Shown here: piece after piece, positions 10,497 to 18,001 of the stretch
Layout: each line of letters opens with the position of its first letter
How positions within the stretch are numbered: the first letter of the stretch is position 1
NCBI GenBank assembly: GCA_963743175.1
Contig: CAVUOQ010000003.1
Location: 167,680-231,679, forward strand
DNA length: 64,000 bases
Direction: 5' to 3'
DNA from: an uncultured delta proteobacterium
Lineage (GTDB): Bacteria; Desulfobacterota; Syntrophia; Syntrophales; Fen-1087
Made by a program: the position numbers and the translations under genes
The notes under the pieces: model-generated
The model's input: the letters and a program-made list of their open reading frames with translations, nothing else
The model's database searches: none
What the model was told of the DNA's origin: nothing

Positions 10497-11745
10497 ATTC
10501 ATAAATGATTTCGTCCGCTGCATGGGCTTCCTCGGCGTCAGCCTCAAAGTCGCGGGCAAGCCCTCTGGCCTTGGCCTTCAGGAATTCCCGGTACCACTCA
10601 TGGGCCACGATCATGGACATGACCTCGCTCGTGCCCGTCCAGATGGTGGCCAGGCGGATATCCCGGAAAATGCGCTCAACGGGGAAAACATTGGTGTAGC
10701 CGATTCCGCCGAGTACCTGCATCGCATTGTGCACCACTTTCTGGCAGGATTCGGTGATGAACTTCTTGGATTCGGAAACCATGCGTCGCACCCGGTTCAT
10801 CTCCACCCCGGCATCCACGGCGCGGGCCGTGGCGTAGCCCAGGGCGCGGGCAGCATCCAGCAGCATGACCGCCTCGGCCACCTGAAAGCTCACGCCCTCA
10901 AACCGGGCAATCACCTGGCCGAAGGCCTTGCGCCGGGAGGTGTAGCTTGTGGCAATTTCCAGTGCCGGACGGGCAGCGCCGATGGTCATTATTGCCGTTC
11001 CCAAGCGTTCCGGAATCATCATGGTGTTGAAAACATCATAAGCCCCATTGACCCGCCCCAACACATTCTCGCGGGGAACCTTGACATCCTTGAAGACCAA
11101 CCGGGCCGTTCCACCGCCCCGGCAACCCATGAGTCCATAGAGGTACTTCGTTTCAACCCCCGGTCCCCGATCCACGATAAACGCCGTAATGGATTCCTGC
11201 GGGTTCGCATCCGGTGCGAAATTGGTCCTGGCATAAAGCAGAAAATAATCCGCCCCTTCGCCGCCCACGATAAACCGCTTCTGGCCGTTGATCAGGAAAT
11301 AATCGCCATGATCTTCAGCCTTCGTGGCGGCGCCGAAAAAGTCCGATCCGCCGCGAGGTTCCGTCAGACACTCCGCCGCAAAGAGATCGCCGCGCAACAA
11401 CGGCTTGACATATTTTTCCTTCTGCTCGTCCGTCCCGTGTTGAACGATGGCATCACAGACCAGCTCCGCTCCGACGCCGAAGACGCAGGCCATTTCATAC
11501 CCCAGCGTGCCCACCTCCTCCATGACCACGCCGGTGGTCACCCAGTCCATGCCGCGGCCGCCCCATGCTTCCGGATAACGGCAGCCCATGAGATTGCGCC
11601 GGCCCGCTTCCCGGAGAAATTCCTTGGGAAACTTGATCTTGTCCGCGTCCATATCGAGGATCATCTGTTTCGGCACCCATTTGACAAGATCCCGCACCTC
11701 GTCCCTGATTTTGAGTTGTTCCTTTGTCAGCATGTAATCAAACAT
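10495..11745 (-). CDS. acyl-CoA dehydrogenase family protein
   Basis: ORF 10495..11778; ..AECLTEPRGGSD..INGQKRFI..GGIGYT.. ACAD fold pattern. Start probably the third Met (11745), 6 nt after AAAGGAG. Confidence 0.85.
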   Translation of the reverse strand: MFDYMLTKEQLKIRDEVRDLVKWVPKQMILDMDADKIKFPKEFLREAGRRNLMGCRYPEAWGGRGMDWVTTGVVMEEVGTLGYEMACVFGVGAELVCDAIVQHGTDEQKEKYVKPLLRGDLFAAECLTEPRGGSDFFGAATKAEDHGDYFLINGQKRFIVGGEGADYFLLYARTNFAPDANPQESITAFIVDRGPGVETKYLYGLMGCRGGGTARLVFKDVKVPRENVLGRVNGAYDVFNTMMIPERLGTAIMTIGAARPALEIATSYTSRRKAFGQVIARFEGVSFQVAEAVMLLDAARALGYATARAVDAGVEMNRVRRMVSESKKFITESCQKVVHNAMQVLGGIGYTNVFPVERIFRDIRLATIWTGTSEVMSMIVAHEWYREFLKAKARGLARDFEADAEEAHAADEIIYE

Positions 11746-11774
11746 ATCCATCTCCTTTACTTTTAGAAATCTTT

Positions 11775-11928
11775 GCATAACCGCTGAAAAATGGTTCGCA
11801 AGCGGCGAATCAAATGTTTTCCGCCTTTCCAGAGATCACGTTAGCGGCTTGCCATGAATCATGATGACGTCTGGTCGTCCTCTTAGCGGAAAAGATTTTT
11901 GAACCGCGGCGAAGCTATTTTTCAAAGG
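11775..11928 (+). repeat. family-B interspersed repeat, copy 1
   Basis: About 85-90% identical to 19413-19565 and to the reverse complements of 49611-49764 and 60959-61110. Its end CCTTTGA (gene sense) contains the TGA of the CYTH gene. Confidence 0.85.
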
Positions 11929-12410
11929 ATTTTCATCTCCGGTGACCATCGTCCATAGGGGTGATTCACCAGATTCATGTTCCAGTACTTCGGATCGAGA
12001 GAGACTTCCCGGCCCACCCATTCGGGAAGCTCAATGGCCTGACGCTCTTGTGTCAGCTCCACCTCGGCAACCACCAATCCTTCGTTTTCTCCTGTAAATT
12101 CATCTATTTCCCAGCTCATGCCCTTGAAATCAAGGACGTATCTTATTTTTTCAATAAATGGCCTCAGGCAGACCCGTTCAAGCAAATCCTTCGCCTCGTC
12201 CACCGGCAGCGGGTATTCATATTCCGGGCAGGAAAGGCCCGTTTTCCGACCTTTGATGGTCAGAGTGGCCTTCTCTCCCGCTACCCGTACACGAACGACA
12301 CGATCATGAGAAGCAACGAGGTATCCCTGCCGGCAGAAGGTCCCCCGGTCGCCCTTTCGCCAGCCATCGCCGCTCACCAAAAACTTCCTTTCGACTTCAT
12401 TGTCCGTCAT
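11922..12410 (-). CDS. CYTH domain protein (triphosphate tunnel metalloenzyme family)
   Basis: MTDNEVERKFLV start (EXEXK motif), ..RVRV..TLTIKG.., ..EIDEF.G.N.GLVVAEVEL... The 5' part of ORF 11922..12608 is repeat-derived and excluded. Confidence 0.8.
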   Translation of the reverse strand: MTDNEVERKFLVSGDGWRKGDRGTFCRQGYLVASHDRVVRVRVAGEKATLTIKGRKTGLSCPEYEYPLPVDEAKDLLERVCLRPFIEKIRYVLDFKGMSWEIDEFTGENEGLVVAEVELTQERQAIELPEWVGREVSLDPKYWNMNLVNHPYGRWSPEMKIL

Positions 12411-12412
12411 AA

Positions 12413-12574
12413 CGCCCTCGTAAAACGTCAAAAAATACGCCGAAAATGACGGCTTCGTAAAAAGCTCCGCAGGCAAGGCGCGCAAATCAAGAGGAGCGAG
12501 GCGTACTTTGTGCGTACGCCGTAGTGACGAAGGATGCAGCGCAACGCAGCATCCGGACTTTTTACGAAGCCGTC
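12413..12574 (+). repeat. family-A repeat, copy 2 (flanked by CGTCATAA 12405-12412 / TGTCATAA 12575-12582)
   Basis: GACGGCTTCGTAAAAAG ... CTTTTTACGAAGCCGTC is a perfect 17-bp inverted pair. Inner hairpins GGCGTAC/GTACGCC and GGATGCAGCG/CGCAGCATCC. Confidence 0.9.
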
Positions 12575-12576
12575 TG

Positions 12577-13167
12577 TCATAACGCCTCGATAACGGACCA
12601 CAGGACATCCTTTCCTTCGCCCGTCTTGGCTGAAAAGAGAACAGGACCGGTTGCGGTTTTCAAATCTGCCCCTTTGATCAGCATCTCTTCGATCTGACGG
12701 GCACGGAACCACACCTGGCTTTTTGAAAGCTTATCTATTTTCGTCAGGACCAGCAGGACCGGAATACGGCAATCGTTGAGCCACTGCAGGAGGTCCAGAT
12801 CATGCGCAGCAGGATCCCTCCGGATATCCATGATCAGAATGACGAGACGCAAGTTGGATCTTTCTTTCAGATAGGTTTCCACCATGGGACCCCAGTTTCG
12901 CCGGACCGCTTCGGGAACCCGTGCAAAACCGTATCCGGGAAGATCAACAAAAGCATAGCGATGATTGATGAGGAAAAAATTGATAAGCTGCGTGCGGCCG
13001 GGCGTATTGCTTGTCTTGGCAAGATTTTTCCGACGGACAAGCGCGTTGATGAGTGAAGACTTGCCCACGTTGGATCGGCCCACAAAGGCCACCTCGGGAA
13101 GGACGCCTTCGGGATAGTGTGACGGTTCGGTGGCGCTCTTGATGAATTCTGCAGACAGGATTTTCAT
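12577..13167 (-). CDS. engB: ribosome biogenesis GTP-binding protein EngB/YsxC
   Basis: GRSNVGKSSLINAL, NTPGRTQ, DLPGYG, TKIDK G-motifs; 196 aa. Confidence 0.9.
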   Translation of the reverse strand: MKILSAEFIKSATEPSHYPEGVLPEVAFVGRSNVGKSSLINALVRRKNLAKTSNTPGRTQLINFFLINHRYAFVDLPGYGFARVPEAVRRNWGPMVETYLKERSNLRLVILIMDIRRDPAAHDLDLLQWLNDCRIPVLLVLTKIDKLSKSQVWFRARQIEEMLIKGADLKTATGPVLFSAKTGEGKDVLWSVIEAL

Positions 13168-13240
13168 CGGGCATACCTGTCAGCGACCACCGAAAATCCT
13201 CTTTCATTCCCGGAGCAAATGGCAACGGCAAAGTTCCCGT

Positions 13241-14620
13241 TTATTCCCTTTCGAAAACGATGCCGTACTTCTCCAGCTTCCGCTCGAGAGTTGGTCTTGA
13301 TATCCCAAGAATATCGCACACTTCTCCTTTATTCAGGGTACTGTTATTTTTCAGAAAATTCCGGACATATTGTTCTTCCACCTCATCAAGGGTCAGGAGC
13401 TTTCCGGTCGTTTCTCTTCCGTTCGCCTGCTGCTCCGGATTTTCCTCCTCGCAGCGTTCATCGATCAGTTCGGGAAAATCACCCCGGACCAGAACCTGCC
13501 CTTTGGCGACCACCAGTGCCCGGACCAGGAGATTTTCCAGTTCACGGATGTTCCCGGGCCATCTGTATTTCTTAAATACTTCCATCATCTCATCAGACAC
13601 CCCGATAACCCGCTTATGGAGATCCTTGTTGATTTTGGCCAGCAGATAATCCACGAGGGGAGCGATGTCCTCGCGACGCTCCCGCAGGGGCGGAATCCGG
13701 ATGGAGACGATATTCAGGCGATAATAAAGATCATCCCTGAACTTGTTTTCCTTGACCATGTTTTTTAGGTCTTTATTGGTGGCGGCAATGATCCGCGCAT
13801 TGACCCGGACGCGGTCCTTGCCGCCCACCCGTTCGAATTCCATTTCCTGCAGAACCCTGAGAAGTTTTGCCTGGAGATTCAGGGACATCTCGCTGATTTC
13901 ATCGAGAAAGACGGTCCCGTAACGGGCGAGTTCAAACTTGCCCTGTTTGCGGCTGATGGCGCCCGTAAAGGATCCCTTTTCGTGACCAAACAATTCCGAC
14001 TCCAGCAAAGTCTCCACAATGGCAGAACAGTTTACGGCAATATAGGGTTCGTCCGGCGCTGTATTGTGATGAATGACCTTGGCAATCAGTTCCTTGCCGG
14101 TTCCGCTTTCGCCCTCGATCAATACGGTCGTCCGGCTCTGTGAAACAACGCCGATCGTCTTGAAAATCTCGCTCATTTCCCGACCGGAGCCGATAATGTC
14201 GCCGACCTTAAAGTGCCGGGACGGTTCCATGAGCAAACCGTCGATCTTCTTTTCCATCTCATACGTTTTGACGGCCTTTTTGATGGCGATATCCAGCTCA
14301 TCGACATTGATGGGTTTATGGATGTAGTCAAATGCGCCTTCTTTCATGGCCCTGATCGTTGAATCCATGTCATGGTGGGCGGTAATCATGATGACCTTGA
14401 TGTTTTCATTTTCTTCCCGCAAATCCTCCAGAACCGCAAAGCCGTCGATATCGGGCAAGCGGATGTCAAGAATGACCACCTCGGGCGTGTGCTGGATGAA
14501 CTTGTTCAAGCCCTCGGTGCCGGTATGGGCCGTCACCACGTCATAGCCTTCCTCGGTCAGGTAGAGTTCAAGCGTTTCAGAAATCGAGACATCATCATCG
14601 ATCACGAGAATCTTCGGCAT
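13241..14620 (-). CDS. sigma-54-dependent response regulator (NtrC family: REC + AAA+ + HTH)
   Basis: ILVIDDD..DIRLPDIDG receiver; GESGTGKE Walker A; GAFTGA loop (GSFTGA); RWPGNIRELEN; C-terminal Fis-type HTH. Confidence 0.9.
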   Translation of the reverse strand: MPKILVIDDDVSISETLELYLTEEGYDVVTAHTGTEGLNKFIQHTPEVVILDIRLPDIDGFAVLEDLREENENIKVIMITAHHDMDSTIRAMKEGAFDYIHKPINVDELDIAIKKAVKTYEMEKKIDGLLMEPSRHFKVGDIIGSGREMSEIFKTIGVVSQSRTTVLIEGESGTGKELIAKVIHHNTAPDEPYIAVNCSAIVETLLESELFGHEKGSFTGAISRKQGKFELARYGTVFLDEISEMSLNLQAKLLRVLQEMEFERVGGKDRVRVNARIIAATNKDLKNMVKENKFRDDLYYRLNIVSIRIPPLRERREDIAPLVDYLLAKINKDLHKRVIGVSDEMMEVFKKYRWPGNIRELENLLVRALVVAKGQVLVRGDFPELIDERCEEENPEQQANGRETTGKLLTLDEVEEQYVRNFLKNNSTLNKGEVCDILGISRPTLERKLEKYGIVFERE

Positions 14621-14624
14621 GCCG

Positions 14625-16871
14625 TTATCCTTCCTGATTAAGCGGGAATGTCACCATCACCCGGGTTCCTTCTGCTTTTTTGCTGCTGACTTCGATGCTT
14701 CCCCTGTGAAGATCAATGATCTTCTTGACCTGCGTCATCCCCAGGCCGGTTCCATATTTTTTCTTGGTGAAGAAGGGATTAAAAATATGGGGCATATCCG
14801 ACGCCTCGATCCCGCAGCCGTTATCTTCAACCGTGATTTGAAGCTGTGCCGGATCATTTCCCGTTCGCCGGGCCGTGGTTCGCAGGATGCCGTCCATCTC
14901 CATGGAATCCACGGCGTTCCGGTAAATGTTCAGAAAGGCCTGCTCCAGCATCGCTGAATCCACCTGCAGAAAAGGAAGCGAATCTTCAATCTCGGTGTGA
15001 ATGCGGATGTTCTTGTCCGTGACCAGTCTTTCCACCAGAGCCAGGGCATTCTCAACAATTCTTCGAATATCGGAGGGTTCCTTTTTGGGAACGGCGGGCT
15101 TGGCGTATATGAGCACGTCATTGACGAGCTCCCCCAGGTGTTCCACTTCCCGCTGAGCGATCCGGAAGCGCTTGAGATCATTTCCCTCGGGCTGCATGCG
15201 CTTTTCCAGAATCTGGAGGCTCATCTTGATGGATGACAGAGGGTTGCGCACCTCATGCGCGATCCCGGCTGACAACTGGCCGATGGCCGCCAGTTTTTCA
15301 CTCTCATAGAATTTTTTTTCAAGATCTTTGAACTCCGTTATATCTCGCTGGACAAAAACATAACGGCCGGTTCCCTCAATGGGCCGGGGAGTGATCAGCA
15401 GGCTTCTTTTCGACCCGTCTTTTTCCGTGGCTTCGATTTCAAACGGCTGATAGATTCCTTTTTTCACATCCTCCCAGACCGCCAGGGCCAATGTCCGATG
15501 TTCGGGGGCCACGAATTCCGTAAAAGGCTTCCCTTTGCTTTCTCTGAAAATGAAACCCTTTCCTTTTTGGAGATTACCGCTGATATAGTTGATGATGCCG
15601 TCGCTGCTGAGGTCAAACAGGGTGTCCGGCGAGCTGTCCACGATCGACCGCAGGTAATTATAGACCCCTTCAATCTCCTGCCTGAGTCGGACATTCTCCG
15701 AAAGTTCGTTCTGCAGGGTTTCGGCATACTCCTTGAGATTCGCGGCCATCTCCTCTTCCCGGCTCACGTCCTGAAGCGTTTCTATGGCCGCAATGATCGC
15801 CCCCTTCTCATCACGGATCGGCGCCGCCAGGAAATAGAGATACCGGCTCCGTCCGCCGAGCTTTTTATAATAATCCCTGGCCTCGTAGGCGCCTTCGACA
15901 ACGGCTGATTTCTGCACGCGCTTCTTGCCGTAATATTTTTCCAGTCCCTCGATATCATCATCCACGATCAGATCGGCAATGACCGGGCGTTTTTCCGGAT
16001 AAAAGGGCGCGTATTGTTTGTCCGTACCGATCATTTCTCCGGCCTGATACCCCACAAGTTCGGCGCAGGCTTTGTTCCAGAGCATGATACGGTGGTCTCT
16101 GCCGATGACAAACGTGGGGATCGGCGATCCCTCAATGACGCCCTCGATGGTCTTAATCAGCCGAATGTTTTTATCCAGTTCGCTCTTGAGGGTCTCCGTA
16201 TATCGCTTCAAATCATTTTCCAGTTCCGTTTGCCGCGTAACATCCTGGAGCGTTTCAATCGCAGCGCTGATCTCCCCTTTTTTATCGTAAATCGGCGCCG
16301 CCAGAAAATAAAGGTGCCGCCTGACCCCGCTGCGATTTTCGAAAAAATCGCTGGCATCGTAGGCTCCTTCAATCATTTTGGATTTTTGCACCCGCTTTTT
16401 GCCGTAATACTTTTCCAGTCCTTCGATATCGTTGTCCACAATCAGATCAGCAATAACCGGACGTTTCTCTTGATAAAAAGGTAAATATTGCTTGTCCGTG
16501 CCGATCATCTCCACCGCGTCATAACCCATGAGATCGGCGCAAGCCTTGTTCCAGAACATGATTTTGTGATCCCTGCCGATCACGAACGTCGGAATCGGCG
16601 ATCCCTCGATGATGCCCTCAATGGTACTCTTTTCACGGAAAAGCTTGTCCTGCCAGTTTTCACTCTCCCGGAAACGCCTCCACTCCCGGTTGATGCGGAT
16701 CTGCCGCCAACCCGCGTACGCGAGCGACAGGCTGGCAACGACCACCGCTAATACCAGCGCATCACGTTCCGCAATGTTCCTGTCATGGGAATGCGTGACA
16801 GTCAGGACGGCCAAAAGGATCAGGACGACGATCGATAATAACATCAACCAGGTGGAAGCCCTCATGCACAA
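14625..16871 (-). CDS. membrane PAS-domain sensor histidine kinase (2 TM, two tandem special PAS-like modules, one ordinary PAS, HisKA, HATPase)
   Basis: H-box SAGIAHEVRNPL; N/G boxes NAVDSM..DNGCGI..GTGLG. Two near-identical about 150-aa repeats IEG.IEGSPIPTFVIGRDH.IM.WNKACA.. Directly upstream of the NtrC-type gene. Confidence 0.9.
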   Translation of the reverse strand: MCMRASTWLMLLSIVVLILLAVLTVTHSHDRNIAERDALVLAVVVASLSLAYAGWRQIRINREWRRFRESENWQDKLFREKSTIEGIIEGSPIPTFVIGRDHKIMFWNKACADLMGYDAVEMIGTDKQYLPFYQEKRPVIADLIVDNDIEGLEKYYGKKRVQKSKMIEGAYDASDFFENRSGVRRHLYFLAAPIYDKKGEISAAIETLQDVTRQTELENDLKRYTETLKSELDKNIRLIKTIEGVIEGSPIPTFVIGRDHRIMLWNKACAELVGYQAGEMIGTDKQYAPFYPEKRPVIADLIVDDDIEGLEKYYGKKRVQKSAVVEGAYEARDYYKKLGGRSRYLYFLAAPIRDEKGAIIAAIETLQDVSREEEMAANLKEYAETLQNELSENVRLRQEIEGVYNYLRSIVDSSPDTLFDLSSDGIINYISGNLQKGKGFIFRESKGKPFTEFVAPEHRTLALAVWEDVKKGIYQPFEIEATEKDGSKRSLLITPRPIEGTGRYVFVQRDITEFKDLEKKFYESEKLAAIGQLSAGIAHEVRNPLSSIKMSLQILEKRMQPEGNDLKRFRIAQREVEHLGELVNDVLIYAKPAVPKKEPSDIRRIVENALALVERLVTDKNIRIHTEIEDSLPFLQVDSAMLEQAFLNIYRNAVDSMEMDGILRTTARRTGNDPAQLQITVEDNGCGIEASDMPHIFNPFFTKKKYGTGLGMTQVKKIIDLHRGSIEVSSKKAEGTRVMVTFPLNQEG

Positions 16872-16982
16872 CGCCTTTTTCTGCTCTTACTGCCGGTTTG
16901 ATCCATGCCCCTCCCGGTTCGCCTGTCCTGGCGAACAATTTGTTCTATTGAAAATGGGGATTTCACCCGAGCGATAAATGAG

Positions 16983-17165
16983 CTACTCTTGAAATTTGCC
17001 CCTGCGTTTCTTCATCTGATAACTCACAATGGCATAGAGGACATAGACGGAAAAGGCTGACGCCAGCGAAATCAGCAGGGTTGTTAACCCGCTTTCAATG
17101 CCGATGACCCGCTGACAGATCAGCCATACCACAAGATAGGTGATCGCCGTTAATATTTCCTGCAT
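16983..17165 (-). CDS. small hypothetical membrane protein (60 aa, 2 predicted TM helices)
   Basis: ORF only; hydrophobic helices and a basic C-terminus (KKRRGK). Lies just upstream of the kinase on the same strand. Confidence 0.4.
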   Translation of the reverse strand: MQEILTAITYLVVWLICQRVIGIESGLTTLLISLASAFSVYVLYAIVSYQMKKRRGKFQE

Positions 17166-17454
17166 TACTTAATCCCCTCTTTTCAAAAAGACGTTCGTCG
17201 CAAGCCGCGTATTTGATCACCCGACGCGAAATGCAGGGCGATACTAACGACCCCGCAAGAAAATTTCAATATAAAATATTTCATGGGCCTCTGATATGGG
17301 TAGTGTCATTTTACTTTTCGTTCAATTTACCCCGCTTGTTGAATAGGATGTTAAACGATATCAGCACCCATCGAGACAAAAATATTCTGCCTGTGAAGAA
17401 AATAAGCAAGCAGCTATCTGGTGTTAGCGCGATAACAGGCCAGAGTCAGGCAAG

Positions 17455-17470
17455 TGGCACATGTGTTGCA
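17455..17470 (+). promoter_or_regulatory. sigma-54 (-24/-12) promoter TGGCAC-N5-TTGCA
   Basis: Exact TGGCACatgtgTTGCA. GG at 17456-57 and GC at 17468-69 (12-nt offset). 104 nt upstream of the atpE-like start and adjacent to a divergent NtrC-type activator. Confidence 0.75.
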
Positions 17471-17573
17471 GATGCACCGCGCAAACCATGAAAAAATTCC
17501 TCTTTCCCGGGTGTGATTTTTGTGTTACGGGTAAGAGAGAAAAATTTAATCAAGCAGGAAAGGAGAAAGAAAG

Positions 17574-17951
17574 ATGTCAGGGAAATTTGGTAAAAAATTG
17601 TTAAAACTTCTTGTCGCAGCGGGAGTTTTACTGGTGTCATCACCCCTTGTTTACGCGGCTGAGGCACTTCCGGGAGCCGGTGAGTCCTATACAAAGGCTC
17701 TTTTTGCCGTGGGAGCGATGCTTGCAGCGGGCTTCGCCATCGGCGTCGGGGCCGTGGGAGCCGGTTTGGGAATCGGAACAGCGGCAAGCGGTGCATGTGC
17801 GGCAGTCGGCAGAAACCCCGGGGTACAGGGAAAGATCATGACGGTCATGCTGGTCGGCATGGCCATGGCGGAATCCGTCGCTATCTATGCGCTGGTTGTC
17901 TCGTTGATCCTCCTGTATGCAAACCCCTACATGCGTTATTTTTTGGGTTAA
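17574..17951 (+). CDS. atpE: F-type ATP synthase subunit c-like protein with signal-peptide-like N-terminal extension (orphan)
   Basis: GAVGAGLGIGTAASGA helix-1 Gly motif, GRNPG loop, helix-2 MAMAESVAIYALVVSLILLYANP with carboxylate. RBS AGGAAAGGAG. Confidence 0.8.
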   Translation: MSGKFGKKLLKLLVAAGVLLVSSPLVYAAEALPGAGESYTKALFAVGAMLAAGFAIGVGAVGAGLGIGTAASGACAAVGRNPGVQGKIMTVMLVGMAMAESVAIYALVVSLILLYANPYMRYFLG

Positions 17952-18001
17952 TTTGAATCAAATATTAACTTCAAAATAACAACAGTTAGGGGGAAACGCG
18001 C

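Noticed and set aside
10456-11766. Long antisense ORFs mirroring real genes: 10456..11766 opposite acd, 19971..21518 opposite ppsA, 24643..25794, 28071..29705, 43446..44660, 46938..47906, 47839..48918, 52358..53536, 57545..58606, 59527..60750 and 61072..62082.
   Set aside because: Each lies exactly opposite a gene with strong family motifs. Their translations are low-complexity and rich in R/G/H/P/D, with no recognisable domains. This is typical shadow-ORF behaviour in moderately GC-rich DNA.
12406-12590. Family-A/B repeats as integron attC sites or gene-cassette boundaries.
   Set aside because: There are no RYYYAAC/GTTRRRY core sites, no intI gene and two different repeat families. The flanked genes are ordinary chromosomal genes in conserved-looking contexts.
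17213-17491. The 92-aa ORF upstream of the c-subunit gene as a possible atpI/atpB remnant.
   Set aside because: It has no similarity to AtpI or AtpB patterns, no RBS, and it spans the sigma-54 promoter. It is treated as non-coding leader.
17574-17951. Na+-binding signature in the c-subunit-like protein.
   Set aside because: Only E, S and Y of the helix-2 motif (AESxxIY) are present. The helix-1 Gln position aligns with Ile and the Thr position with Val. Ion specificity therefore cannot be called from sequence.
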